A stretch of 64,000 bases of DNA from an uncultured virus (IMG/VR IMGVR_UViG_3300031963_009771) (Duplodnaviria; Heunggongvirae; Uroviricota; Caudoviricetes): positions 1 to 64,000 of IMG/VR virus record IMGVR_UViG_3300031963_009771, one strand, 5' to 3'. The notes under the pieces were generated by a model. It worked only from the letters and a program-made list of their open reading frames with translations, did not search any database and was not told where the DNA came from. A program made the position numbers and the translations under genes. This document shows positions 40,000 to 49,943 of this stretch, one piece after another (the first letter of the stretch is position 1; every line of letters starts with the position of its first letter).

Positions 40000-40572
40000 A
40001 TGAAAGTATTATTTGTTTGTGCATTAAAAGAAGAATCAGATGGATATGATACTTTGTTTGATTATCCGATTATTCATACTGGCGTTGGAAAGATAAACGC
40101 TGGATATAAAACGGCTATGGGCATATTGGAACACAAACCTGATTTAGTTTGTAATTTTGGTAGCTGTGGGAGTTTTAGTATGGATAAGGGTATGTTATTA
40201 AAGGTTAAAGATGTATATAATGGTGATATGGATGCAGAACCATTAGTTCCCTATTCTATCACCCCTTTCGACCAGGATGGGGATTATTTAGAGATTGAAA
40301 ATGAAGGAGTTAGCTGCTTCACATCCGAAACCTTTATTACGAAGGAAAAGGTTAAAAACTTTCCCCCTAAAAAGTTGGAATTGTTAAATAAATGTAGTAT
40401 ATTTGAAATGGAATTATACTCAATTACGAGAGTTTGCAAAGAGTTCAAAATACCGATAGTTTCTTACAAATGGGTAAGTGATGATGGTGGGATGGATGAT
40501 TGGGAAAAAAACTGCAGAATTGGGTATTCTCAATTTAAATTAGAATTTTATAACAAATATATTGCTGGATAA
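40000..40572 (+). CDS. MTA/SAH nucleosidase-like protein (PNP/UDP family)
   Basis: ALKEE, TGVGKINA, NFGSCG, FEMELY, KWVSD. Confidence 0.85.
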   Translation: MKVLFVCALKEESDGYDTLFDYPIIHTGVGKINAGYKTAMGILEHKPDLVCNFGSCGSFSMDKGMLLKVKDVYNGDMDAEPLVPYSITPFDQDGDYLEIENEGVSCFTSETFITKEKVKNFPPKKLELLNKCSIFEMELYSITRVCKEFKIPIVSYKWVSDDGGMDDWEKNCRIGYSQFKLEFYNKYIAG

Positions 40573-41030
40573 TGGCTAAAACGCTTTTCGACCATCTTAA
40601 CGCTATAACAAAAGACCAAGATCCTAATTACTTCGATAAATTATCCGAAGAAGATTTAAAGACTTGGAGTAATTATATGATTCATAGATTTCTTTCTATG
40701 AACTATGATTTTGTAGAAACCATTGCCCAATTTCAACCATTAACTCAAACAATGGAGCCTAAACTTTACTATCTTTTTATGATAGGAGTTTTACCGAAAG
40801 GAAAGCAATACCTTCGTTATATTAAGGGAAAGAGTGAGGAATCTGCTAATGAAAAATTAGTAGAATTGATTATGGTAGAATACAATTGTTCAAAAAATAC
40901 AGCAATTGATTACTACAACATTCTCACTCATATCAAAGAAGGTGATGAATACTTCACTTACTTAAAAACAAAGTATGGAGAAGTAGAAAAAGAAAAAAAA
41001 TCTACAAAAACTAAAACCAAAAAGAAATAA
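40572..41030 (+). CDS. Clamp loader small subunit (gp62-like)
   Basis: LFDHLNAIT, YMIHRFLSM, LPKGKQYLRYIK. Confidence 0.75.
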   Translation: MAKTLFDHLNAITKDQDPNYFDKLSEEDLKTWSNYMIHRFLSMNYDFVETIAQFQPLTQTMEPKLYYLFMIGVLPKGKQYLRYIKGKSEESANEKLVELIMVEYNCSKNTAIDYYNILTHIKEGDEYFTYLKTKYGEVEKEKKSTKTKTKKK

Positions 41031-41890
41031 TGGCAAGAGTATCTTTTTCTCAATATTCAATGTGGACATCTTGCCCTCAACAATATAAGCTATCTTATAT
41101 TGATGGGCTATCTATTTCAAATGCTAACATACATTTGATTTTCGGAACAGCAATGCATGAAACCTTACAAAAGTTTTTAGATGTAATGTATAATGCAACT
41201 AAATCATCGGCGTTGGCAATGGATTTGGATATGTTGTTGAAAGATAGATTAGTTGAAAACTTTAATAAAGAAAAAGAAAAGTTAGGAGAGAATGAATTTC
41301 CTTGCACAAAAGAAGAGTTAGAAGAATTCTTCGGTGATGGTAGAAAGATACTACAATACTTTAAAAGTAAATTAGTATTGTTCTTTTCTAAAAAGGGATA
41401 TGAATTGGTGGCAATAGAATTACCACTTAATATGCCTATTAAAGAGAATGTGCACTTTATTGGATTTGTCGATATTATTATCAGAGAAATTGCTACAAAG
41501 AAAATTACCATCATAGATTTTAAAACATCAACTGCCGGTTGGAATAAATACCAAAAGGCAGACCCGATTAAGAACGCACAAATCTTATTATACAAAAAGT
41601 TTTACGCTGAAAAGTATAAGATAGATGAGGATAAGGTTAATGTAGAATTTCATATCCTTAAAAGAAAAGTTAAGGAAGATGCTGATTATCCAATTCCTCG
41701 TATTTCAAAGCACGTTCCTGCGAGTGGTAAACCTTCTATCAATAAAGCATGGAAAGGGTTTATGGATTTCGTAGAGAGTGTATTTGATGAAGAGGGAAAA
41801 TATAAAGATGTAGATTATCCAACTAACAAAGGGAAGCAGTGTGATTGGTGTGAGTTTAAGGAGAGAAAAATTTGTTCATTGTGGAGTTAA
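41030..41890 (+). CDS. PD-(D/E)XK nuclease, Cas4/AddB-like with Cys cluster
   Basis: SFSQ...CP, FGTAMH, GFVD, IIDFKTS, QILLY, CDWCEF...C. Confidence 0.85.
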   Translation: MARVSFSQYSMWTSCPQQYKLSYIDGLSISNANIHLIFGTAMHETLQKFLDVMYNATKSSALAMDLDMLLKDRLVENFNKEKEKLGENEFPCTKEELEEFFGDGRKILQYFKSKLVLFFSKKGYELVAIELPLNMPIKENVHFIGFVDIIIREIATKKITIIDFKTSTAGWNKYQKADPIKNAQILLYKKFYAEKYKIDEDKVNVEFHILKRKVKEDADYPIPRISKHVPASGKPSINKAWKGFMDFVESVFDEEGKYKDVDYPTNKGKQCDWCEFKERKICSLWS

Positions 41891-42219
41891 TTAAAGGAAT
41901 ACTATGGGGAATAATTGGCCAAATTACATCTTTTTTACAACTACAAGGTAGTATAAAATTTGGATGGTTTCAAAAATACCCATTATTGATTATAATAAGT
42001 GCAATGCCAGGAATGTGGTTCTATCTAAAATCGGTAAACCATTTAGTAAACGCATTTGATGGAGCATTATGGCCCTCCCGTCTAATTGGATTTGGAGTGG
42101 GTATAATAGTATTCGTATCTCTTAGCATACTAATTTTTAGAGAACCTATTACCGTAAAAACATTCATTTGCTTAATTTTGGCTTCCGCCATATTAGGGAT
42201 ACAAGTTTTTTGGAAATAA
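41881..42219 (+). CDS. Small multi-pass membrane protein
   Basis: About four hydrophobic segments, WPSRLIGF; start codon uncertain. Confidence 0.6.
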   Translation: MELIKGILWGIIGQITSFLQLQGSIKFGWFQKYPLLIIISAMPGMWFYLKSVNHLVNAFDGALWPSRLIGFGVGIIVFVSLSILIFREPITVKTFICLILASAILGIQVFWK

Positions 42220-42273
42220 TTATCTTTTTGGAAAAAAAATATATATATATTTATATATACAAAAGATAATAAT

Positions 42274-42465
42274 ATGGATGTTAAACTAACGAGTGTAAAG
42301 ATTCTTAAAGATCTTTATTCGCAATTCAAAAGGGTTACAATTGATGACAAAATGAGTTTACAAAAATTAGTAAATCGTTCTCTCACAATGTATGTAGAAG
42401 ACCCAAACTTTAAAAACAAAATTGATTCATTTTCAGAATTACAAATTTCTGGTTCACAGTTTTAA
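42274..42465 (+). CDS. Small ribbon-helix-helix-like protein
   Basis: LTSVKI...LY..FK...SLQKLVNRSL..Y; TATTTATA at 42248. Confidence 0.55.
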   Translation: MDVKLTSVKILKDLYSQFKRVTIDDKMSLQKLVNRSLTMYVEDPNFKNKIDSFSELQISGSQF

Positions 42466-42468
42466 TTT

Positions 42469-43854
42469 ATGAATAATAAAAAAACAATTCTTCTTCTATC
42501 AGATGATTTAAGAATGCATAGTGGTATAGCTACTATGTCAAAAGAAATAGTTTTAGGTTCCGTAAGCAAATACAATTGGATTCAGGTTGCAGCAGCCGTT
42601 CAACATCCCGAAGTTGGGAAAATAATTGATGTATCCGATGATGTAAAAAAGCATAGTGGTGTTGAAGATGCTAGTGTAATACTTTATCCTAATAGTGGAT
42701 ATGGTAATGCGGATTTAATTAGAAACCTATTATCTAAACACAAAATAGATGCTATCCTACATTTTACCGACCCTCGTTATTGGATTTGGTTGTATGATAT
42801 GGAGCATGAAATTCGACAAACTTGTCCAATTTTCTTCTACCATATTTGGGATGATTTGCCAGATCCACACTACAATAGAGATTACTATGAAAGTTGTGAT
42901 TGGTTGGGTTGTATCTCTAAGCAAACTTATGGCATTGTTAAAAGAACCGGTGCATTACAAAATGGGAAAACTTGGAAGCCGTTGGAAGATTGGCAAGTAA
43001 GTTATGTTCCACATGGTGTATCAAAATTGTATAAACCATTAGAAGATAGTAGTGATGAGTTGAAACAAAAACTATTTGCAGGTAATGATTACGAATTCGT
43101 AGTTTATTGGTCAAATAGAAACATTCGTAGAAAACAACCATCAGATGTTATTTGGGCATTCCAAAAGTTTTTAGATAAATTACCGGAGGAAAAGAGAAAG
43201 AAGGTGATGTTATTGATGCATACACAGCCGGTCGATGAAAATGGAACTGATTTAGTTGCCGTTGCAAAAAGATTAGCACCTGATGCAGAAATTAAATTTT
43301 CAACGAATAGATTATCTACCGAACAAATAAATCAATTACTAAATCTTTGTGATGTATCGGTGAACATTGCCGGTAATGAAGGATTTGGCCTAACGACTTG
43401 TGAAGGTATAATGGCAGGTGTTCCATCTATCTTATTAGTGACAGGTGGTTTGCAAGACCAATGTGGATTTAAATTGGATGGAAAGTTATTAACCGCAGAA
43501 GATTATGTTAAGATTGGTTCTTTGCATGATTGGAGAGAATGGGAAGATAAAGTAGAGCATGGAGAATGGGTTAAGCCATTGTGGGCAAGGGCTCAAAATA
43601 TGAACGGTTCAGTTCCAACTCCTTACATCATAGATGATAAAATAGATGTATATGAATTAGCAGATGCATTTAAGTATTGGTATGACATTCCGAAAGAAAA
43701 AAGGAAAGAAATGGGATTAAAAGGTAGAGAGTTCATCCTTTCAGAAAACGGATTCTATTCACAAAGAATGGCGGATGAAATGGTTAAAGGGATGGAAAGG
43801 GCCTTTGAAAATTGGAAACCAAAAGAAAGATTTGAATTATATAAAATAAAATAA
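42469..43854 (+). CDS. Glycosyltransferase (GT-B, family 4-like)
   Basis: SDDLRMHSG, PHG, NRNIRRK, NEGFGL, TGGLQDQ. Confidence 0.85.
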   Translation: MNNKKTILLLSDDLRMHSGIATMSKEIVLGSVSKYNWIQVAAAVQHPEVGKIIDVSDDVKKHSGVEDASVILYPNSGYGNADLIRNLLSKHKIDAILHFTDPRYWIWLYDMEHEIRQTCPIFFYHIWDDLPDPHYNRDYYESCDWLGCISKQTYGIVKRTGALQNGKTWKPLEDWQVSYVPHGVSKLYKPLEDSSDELKQKLFAGNDYEFVVYWSNRNIRRKQPSDVIWAFQKFLDKLPEEKRKKVMLLMHTQPVDENGTDLVAVAKRLAPDAEIKFSTNRLSTEQINQLLNLCDVSVNIAGNEGFGLTTCEGIMAGVPSILLVTGGLQDQCGFKLDGKLLTAEDYVKIGSLHDWREWEDKVEHGEWVKPLWARAQNMNGSVPTPYIIDDKIDVYELADAFKYWYDIPKEKRKEMGLKGREFILSENGFYSQRMADEMVKGMERAFENWKPKERFELYKIK

Positions 43855-43861
43855 GTTACGA

Positions 43862-45097
43862 ATGGCTAAACCATTTTTATTATATCAAGCTCCAATAGCG
43901 ACTAGGAGTGGATATGGAGATCATGCAAGAGATTTACTCAAATCATTTAGAGATTTAGATTATTATGACATTAAGATTGTTTCAACGAGATGGGGAGCAA
44001 CCCCTATGGATCAACTTAATCCAAACGATGAATTTCATAAATGGATACTAGATAATATTGTTGGTGAAATAAATATACAACCTGATGTATATGTTCAGAT
44101 GACAGTTCCAAATGAATTTCAACAAGTAGGAAAATTTAATATAGGGGTTACCGCTGGAATTGAAACGACTGTAATACCGAAGGATTGGGTTGATGGGTGT
44201 AACCGAATGGATTTGGTTATTACAACTTCACAGCATTCTAAATCAGGTATAGCTGGGACACAATGGACAGAAAGGGATAAAACCACTCAACAGGTAATAA
44301 CCGAACATAGAGTTTCAAAGCCGGTAGAAGTTTTATTTGAAGGAACTGATTACAAAGAGTTAGATGGTTTGGATAAATTAGATTCTATTAAAGAAAACTT
44401 TTGTTTCTTATTCGTAGGCCATTGGTTACAAGGAAATCTTTATCATGATAGAAAAGATGTAGGCGGAATGATTCAAACATTTCTTTCTGCATTTAGTAGA
44501 ACGAAGGGTGAGAAACCTGCCCTAATACTCAAAACCTCATCAGCGGGATTTTCAATTAGAGATAGAGAAGAAATTCTCCGAAAAGTTGAAGAGGTAGCAT
44601 CTCAGGTTAAGAGTGATGTTTCAATTTATCTTATACATGGTGATTTAACACCTGATGATATGTGGAAGTTATATAATCATCCAAAAGTAAAAGCGACTAT
44701 CTCATTTACACATGGTGAAGGATTTGGAAGACCTCTATTAGAATTTAGTATGACAGGAAAACCAGTAATAAGTAGTGGTTGGAGTGGTCAATTAGATTTT
44801 CTAAATGATAAACAATCAGTATTATTAGATGGTGAATTAAAAAATGTAGACCCATCAGCTTCAAATCAATTTTTATTACCTGAATCACAATGGTTTTATG
44901 TAAATTATAGTAATGCGGCTTTCAAATTAATTGATGTGTTTAATAATTATGATAAATACCTCTCCGAATCTAAAAAATTAGGTAGGGATAATATAAATAA
45001 GTTTTCACATAATAAAATGACAGAGGCCCTAAAAGGTATTTGTGATAGACATATAAAGGTTGCAAAGCATGTTGATTTAATACTACCAGAATTCTAA
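43862..45097 (+). CDS. Glycosyltransferase (GT-B, family 4-like)
   Basis: SGYG, RKD, HGEGFGRPLLEF, WSGQLDF. Confidence 0.85.
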   Translation: MAKPFLLYQAPIATRSGYGDHARDLLKSFRDLDYYDIKIVSTRWGATPMDQLNPNDEFHKWILDNIVGEINIQPDVYVQMTVPNEFQQVGKFNIGVTAGIETTVIPKDWVDGCNRMDLVITTSQHSKSGIAGTQWTERDKTTQQVITEHRVSKPVEVLFEGTDYKELDGLDKLDSIKENFCFLFVGHWLQGNLYHDRKDVGGMIQTFLSAFSRTKGEKPALILKTSSAGFSIRDREEILRKVEEVASQVKSDVSIYLIHGDLTPDDMWKLYNHPKVKATISFTHGEGFGRPLLEFSMTGKPVISSGWSGQLDFLNDKQSVLLDGELKNVDPSASNQFLLPESQWFYVNYSNAAFKLIDVFNNYDKYLSESKKLGRDNINKFSHNKMTEALKGICDRHIKVAKHVDLILPEF

Positions 45098-45100
45098 AAA

Positions 45101-45790
45101 ATGGCAGAATCTAGGATATATCTACCTCTATGGGGAAAATTGTTTAAGACAAGTAGAAAGGTTTCGACAACTATTATGAAACCTGGTAATTTTTACAAAA
45201 TACAAGTTTATAAATATGCGGACCCATCTCAAACAAAAGTTTTGGCAGGATTAGATACTACTTACATTTTTTTAATAGGAAAATTTAGAGGTAAAGATGA
45301 AAAAGGTATGATTCATTACTATTTTCCTGCACTAAAATTAAAGCATGTAAATCCTCGTAATTTCTTTTATGCATTAGAAGCGGCTACTGATTCAATTAGT
45401 GAACAAAAAATTGATGAAGCAGAAGAGTTTAGATTTCTTTTAAGACAATTTCCATTAGATGGTAAACCTCTATTTACAATCTTAAAAAAGAAACCTTTAA
45501 TATACGATGGTAATTATAGAGAATACAAAATGGCTTCAATAAGATCAGTTGAAGAAGTTGAATTAACTAAGTCTTATATAAAATCAAAAATGATTAGAGG
45601 TTATACTAATAAAGAGAAAATTGATGAGGAGAAGAAATTAGAAAAACCTAAACAAACTCCACAGGAGTTAAAAAAGGAAGAGAAGGTCGAAAAGATAATA
45701 AAACAAAAAGAAATTAATTTAGAACCACCGCCTGAGAGTATTGCGGAAAAAATAGAAGTAATTAATCAGACATCACAACCAAACACATAG
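45101..45790 (+). CDS. Hypothetical protein
   Basis: 229-aa ORF; PGNFY, YREY; charged C-terminal tail. Confidence 0.65.
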   Translation: MAESRIYLPLWGKLFKTSRKVSTTIMKPGNFYKIQVYKYADPSQTKVLAGLDTTYIFLIGKFRGKDEKGMIHYYFPALKLKHVNPRNFFYALEAATDSISEQKIDEAEEFRFLLRQFPLDGKPLFTILKKKPLIYDGNYREYKMASIRSVEEVELTKSYIKSKMIRGYTNKEKIDEEKKLEKPKQTPQELKKEEKVEKIIKQKEINLEPPPESIAEKIEVINQTSQPNT

Positions 45791-45792
45791 TT

Positions 45793-46251
45793 ATGACATC
45801 TAAAGAATTTGTCCTTTGGTTAAAAGGATTTACCGAAGGAGTGCATGAATTTAATGTTACTCCGAAACAATGGGATTTATTAAAAGATAAATTGAAAGAA
45901 GTAAGTGATGAACCGAAAATAGGAACTCCAATTGGAGAAGGTGGATGGGGAACGCCCAATACAACACCTGTATGGCAACATCCACATTATGTAGACCCAT
46001 ACCACCCATATAGGATAACGTGTCAACCGGATACAAATGGTACAACACTAACATCATCTGGTAGTGGTGGAACTATTGTAGCTACGCCTGGATATGGTTC
46101 TATTACATACTCTAATCCACCATTTGGATTTGGAAGTACATCAACTGCATATGGTTATCCGAGTGGTAGTGCTTGGAGTTATACAAATTCAACAAATAAT
46201 AAGCCGGTTCAATCGGAAGAACATTCTGAAAAACACCACAACGAAGATTAA
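45793..46251 (+). CDS. Hypothetical protein with G/S/T/P/Y-rich low-complexity C-terminus
   Basis: MTSKEFVLWLKGF N-terminal domain. Confidence 0.65.
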   Translation: MTSKEFVLWLKGFTEGVHEFNVTPKQWDLLKDKLKEVSDEPKIGTPIGEGGWGTPNTTPVWQHPHYVDPYHPYRITCQPDTNGTTLTSSGSGGTIVATPGYGSITYSNPPFGFGSTSTAYGYPSGSAWSYTNSTNNKPVQSEEHSEKHHNED

Positions 46252-46253
46252 GT

Positions 46254-46877
46254 ATGAAAATAAGTTACGCTATAACTGTTTGTAATGAGTTAAAAGAACT
46301 CACCTCATTAATTAACTTTCTCCTCGTGCGTATAGATAGCGAGGATGAGGTTGTTATTCAATATGATAGTGAATCAGTTACAAAAGAAGTTGTGGATTAT
46401 CTCAATATAATTAGTGATATACAAAAACAAATTAAGATTATATCATTTCCTCTTAATAAAGATTTTGCATCCTTTAAAAATAATCTAAAAGAACATTGTG
46501 AAGGAAAATACATTTTTCAAATTGATGCAGATGAAGAACCATCGGAAATTTTATTAGAGAGATTAAAACAAATTCTGACTATAAATGAAGTTGATATAAT
46601 TTTTGTTCCAAGAGTGAATACCGTAGAAGGATTAACTCAATCACATATTCAAAAATGGGGTTGGAAAGTTGATGATAAAGGTTGGGTAAATTGGCCTGAT
46701 TATCAAACTCGTATTTACAAAAATACCGAAGAAGTTCAATGGCATGGAAAAGTGCATGAAAGAATAACCGGATACACAACTTTTACAAATTTCCCATCAG
46801 ATGAAAATTACTCACTATATCATCACAAGGAAATAGAAAGACAAGAAAAACAAAACGATTTTTACGATAAAATTTAA
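46254..46877 (+). CDS. Glycosyltransferase family 2-like
   Basis: ISYAITVCNE, FQIDADE, WPDYQTR, VHE. Confidence 0.85.
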   Translation: MKISYAITVCNELKELTSLINFLLVRIDSEDEVVIQYDSESVTKEVVDYLNIISDIQKQIKIISFPLNKDFASFKNNLKEHCEGKYIFQIDADEEPSEILLERLKQILTINEVDIIFVPRVNTVEGLTQSHIQKWGWKVDDKGWVNWPDYQTRIYKNTEEVQWHGKVHERITGYTTFTNFPSDENYSLYHHKEIERQEKQNDFYDKI

Positions 46878-46881
46878 TAAT

Positions 46882-47565
46882 ATGAAAAAAGAAATTCTAA
46901 TTGTAGTCCCATCTAGAAGTGGTGATAGCAAAAGATTCCCTAATGTAGATAGGTTTATAGAAAATTGGAAGGAAAATACCGAAGGGTTTAGTGATTTATG
47001 TATAGCATTAGATGATGATGATTCACATCAGTATCCAATTAGAGACGGTGTTATATACGAAATTAATCCACGTATTAGAATGATTCCAACACTTAATCAA
47101 ATTGCTTTGAAATATGCCAACCAGTATAAATGTATAGCATTTTTTGGAGATGACCATATTATTAAAACAAAATGGGAATCAAAATTTTTACAATTTTTTG
47201 AAGAAAATAATAATATAGGAATAGCTTACGGTAATGATTTGTTACAAGGAGCTAAACTACCTACCGCAGTTTGCCTAACATCTAACATAATTAATCAATT
47301 AGGATTTATGGTGCCGAATTTTCTGATTCATATGTATGCAGATAATTTCTGGTTAGATTTGGGTAATAGTTGCCAAATTATAAAATATTTTGATGATGTT
47401 GTATTTGAACATATTCATCCTGATAATGGTAAAGCGGAAAGAGATTCACAGTATGTTGATGCGGCTTCGGTGGCATATATTGACCAACAAAAATATATGG
47501 ATTATAGAAGAGGATTTGATTTCTTAAATGATGTAAATAAAATTAAAGATTTAATTGAAGAATAA
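46882..47565 (+). CDS. GT-A fold glycosyltransferase-like
   Basis: VVPSR, FFGDD, HMYADN, EHIHP. Confidence 0.7.
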   Translation: MKKEILIVVPSRSGDSKRFPNVDRFIENWKENTEGFSDLCIALDDDDSHQYPIRDGVIYEINPRIRMIPTLNQIALKYANQYKCIAFFGDDHIIKTKWESKFLQFFEENNNIGIAYGNDLLQGAKLPTAVCLTSNIINQLGFMVPNFLIHMYADNFWLDLGNSCQIIKYFDDVVFEHIHPDNGKAERDSQYVDAASVAYIDQQKYMDYRRGFDFLNDVNKIKDLIEE

Positions 47566-48200
47566 TGGGATACTCGCAACACAATGAAGATGAATTAATC
47601 TTATCACACTTAAAGGAATTTAATTTAGAAAGAGGCGGAACGTTTTTAGATGTTGGTGCAAATGATGGTGTAACATATTCAAATTCAAGATTATTTATTC
47701 AGAATTACGAGTGGGAAGCGGTGTTGATAGAGCCTACTACCGATTGTGTTAATAAATTAAATGAATTGTATAAAGAAAATGATAAAGTAACTATATTCGA
47801 TTATGCAATAGATTTAGAAGAGGGTGAGAAGGAAATTTATTTAGGTTCTCTGCATAATGAAGGTGTTAATCAAATTTCTACATTAAACCATATTGATAAA
47901 AATTATTGGGAAACGAATAGAGGTGTTCGTTATAATAGTGAAATAATTAAAACTACTACTCTTTCAAACATTCTTAAAAAAGTAAAATATAAGGATTTTG
48001 ATATAGCAAGTATAGATGTTGAAGGGAATGATTTAATAGTTTTGAATCAGATGATAGATGAAAATATATTCCCAAAGTTTATCATATTTGAATATAATGG
48101 TAATACCCCTATTTTACAAAACGCTATAAATTCACTAAATCAAAAATATGATATAATATTTGATAACCTGATAAATGTAATTTTTAAATTAAATTTATGA
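47565..48200 (+). CDS. FkbM-family methyltransferase
   Basis: YSQ, FLDVGANDG..SNS, LIEP, SIDVEG. Confidence 0.88.
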   Translation: MGYSQHNEDELILSHLKEFNLERGGTFLDVGANDGVTYSNSRLFIQNYEWEAVLIEPTTDCVNKLNELYKENDKVTIFDYAIDLEEGEKEIYLGSLHNEGVNQISTLNHIDKNYWETNRGVRYNSEIIKTTTLSNILKKVKYKDFDIASIDVEGNDLIVLNQMIDENIFPKFIIFEYNGNTPILQNAINSLNQKYDIIFDNLINVIFKLNL

Positions 48201-49069
48201 AAGTTTTATTGAGTTGTTTAAATGTAAATGGATTAGGGGGAAGTGAATTATATCATTATGAATTAGCCAGAGAATTAAATCTATTAGGAATCGATGTAAC
48301 CCTTTTTACTTTAAGAGACATTGATAGGGGTGATTTAGTAAGAAGAAAATTAGAGGAGAATAATGTTAAACAATGCGACTTACATAATATAGATGTAAAT
48401 CAAAATTACGATTTAATAGTAGCAAGCCAGCCAGAGGTAAACCAATTTATATTAAAATACTTTAATAATAATATACCGAAAATAAGCATTATACATTCGG
48501 AAATAAGAAGTGAAACTCCTATTTTGAATAAAGGAATAAATCACTATATCGCTATAAGAGAGCCAATTAAAAAATCATTAATAGATAATTATAAAATTAA
48601 TCCAACTGATATATCACTAATTTATAATCCCATAGATAGAGATAGGTTTAATGATAAAGATAAATCAAAGTATAGTAAGAAAACAGGAATATTTGTTGGA
48701 GAAGTTTTAGATAATATAAGATTTAAAGCAGTCTCCCATTTAGTAAAAAACTGTATAGATAAAGATTGGGATTTATATTTGATGAGCGAAAGCAAATATA
48801 ATTTTAACCACCCCAACATCAAATACATAGATAAAAGATGGGATACTGAAAACGTAGTAAAAAATATGGATTTTACTGCGGGAATTCTTTTAGGGAGAAC
48901 AACATTAGAAGGTTGGTGTTGTGGAGTAAATGGGTATATGTATATTATTAATCAAAATGGTGACATTGTTTCAATTGATATAAATAAACCTGAAAACATA
49001 GAAGAACTATGTGATTCAAAAAATGTAGCAAAACAGCACATTGAATTATACAATAAAATAATACGATGA
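48197..49069 (+). CDS. Glycosyltransferase (GT-B)-like
   Basis: GLGGSELY, IYNPID, GRTTLEG. Confidence 0.7.
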   Translation: MKVLLSCLNVNGLGGSELYHYELARELNLLGIDVTLFTLRDIDRGDLVRRKLEENNVKQCDLHNIDVNQNYDLIVASQPEVNQFILKYFNNNIPKISIIHSEIRSETPILNKGINHYIAIREPIKKSLIDNYKINPTDISLIYNPIDRDRFNDKDKSKYSKKTGIFVGEVLDNIRFKAVSHLVKNCIDKDWDLYLMSESKYNFNHPNIKYIDKRWDTENVVKNMDFTAGILLGRTTLEGWCCGVNGYMYIINQNGDIVSIDINKPENIEELCDSKNVAKQHIELYNKIIR

Positions 49070-49941
49070 AAATATTAATAACTGGACATTTAGGATTTGT
49101 AGGAAGGTCTTTTTTAAAATACTTTGGTGATAAAAATGAAATTATAGGAGTAGATTTAAAAGAAGGAAATGATTGTAGAGATTATTTTAAACAATCTTCT
49201 GAGGTCTTTGATTTAATCATACATTTGGCTGCAATTGTAGGTGGAAGAGAAACAATTGAAAAAGAACCATTATCAGTTGCTACCGATTTATCAATTGATT
49301 CGGAATTTTTCAATTGGGTGATTAAAACAAAACAAAAGAGAGTTGTATATTTTAGTAGTAGCGCGGCATATCCAACATATTTGCAACATCCAGATTCTAA
49401 ATATAGATTAAAAGAAAGCGATATTAATTTAGATGATATAAGATTACCTGATTACACTTATGGTTGGTCTAAATTAACAGGTGAATACTTGGCAAAATTC
49501 GTTAAAGAAAGTGGAACTAAAGTTTATGTATTCAGACCATTTAGTGGATATGGCGAGGATCAAGATTTAACATATCCATTCCCCTCATTTATTGATAGAA
49601 TTAAAAGAAAGGTTGATGAATTTGAAATATGGGGTGATGGAACGCAAGTAAGAGATTTTATTCATATGGATGATATAGTGGAGGCAGTTATGACAGTTGT
49701 TGATAATGATGTTGAATTAGATGCCTTAAATTTAGGGTGTGGTATTGCAACTCCTTTTAATGAATTGGCAAAAACGATGTTTCAAATAAGTGGCCATACT
49801 CCATCAAAAGGAATAAAGCATTTATTAGAAAAACCGATTGGAGTATCTTATAGAGTTTGTGACCCAACATTATTTAATTCAATCTACAAACCAAAATATA
49901 CTTTGGAAGAAAGAATTGAAATAATACTAAATAAAAAGTAA
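49066..49941 (+). CDS. NAD-dependent nucleotide-sugar epimerase/dehydratase
   Basis: ITGHLGFVG, HLAA, SSSAAY, YGWSK, WGDGTQVRDFIH. Confidence 0.92.
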   Translation: MKILITGHLGFVGRSFLKYFGDKNEIIGVDLKEGNDCRDYFKQSSEVFDLIIHLAAIVGGRETIEKEPLSVATDLSIDSEFFNWVIKTKQKRVVYFSSSAAYPTYLQHPDSKYRLKESDINLDDIRLPDYTYGWSKLTGEYLAKFVKESGTKVYVFRPFSGYGEDQDLTYPFPSFIDRIKRKVDEFEIWGDGTQVRDFIHMDDIVEAVMTVVDNDVELDALNLGCGIATPFNELAKTMFQISGHTPSKGIKHLLEKPIGVSYRVCDPTLFNSIYKPKYTLEERIEIILNKK

Positions 49942-49943
49942 TT

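Noticed and set aside
41030..41890. Cas4-like nuclease as evidence of a CRISPR-Cas system
   Set aside because: No repeat-spacer array or other cas genes seen in the window; solo Cas4/AddB-like nucleases are common in phage replication blocks
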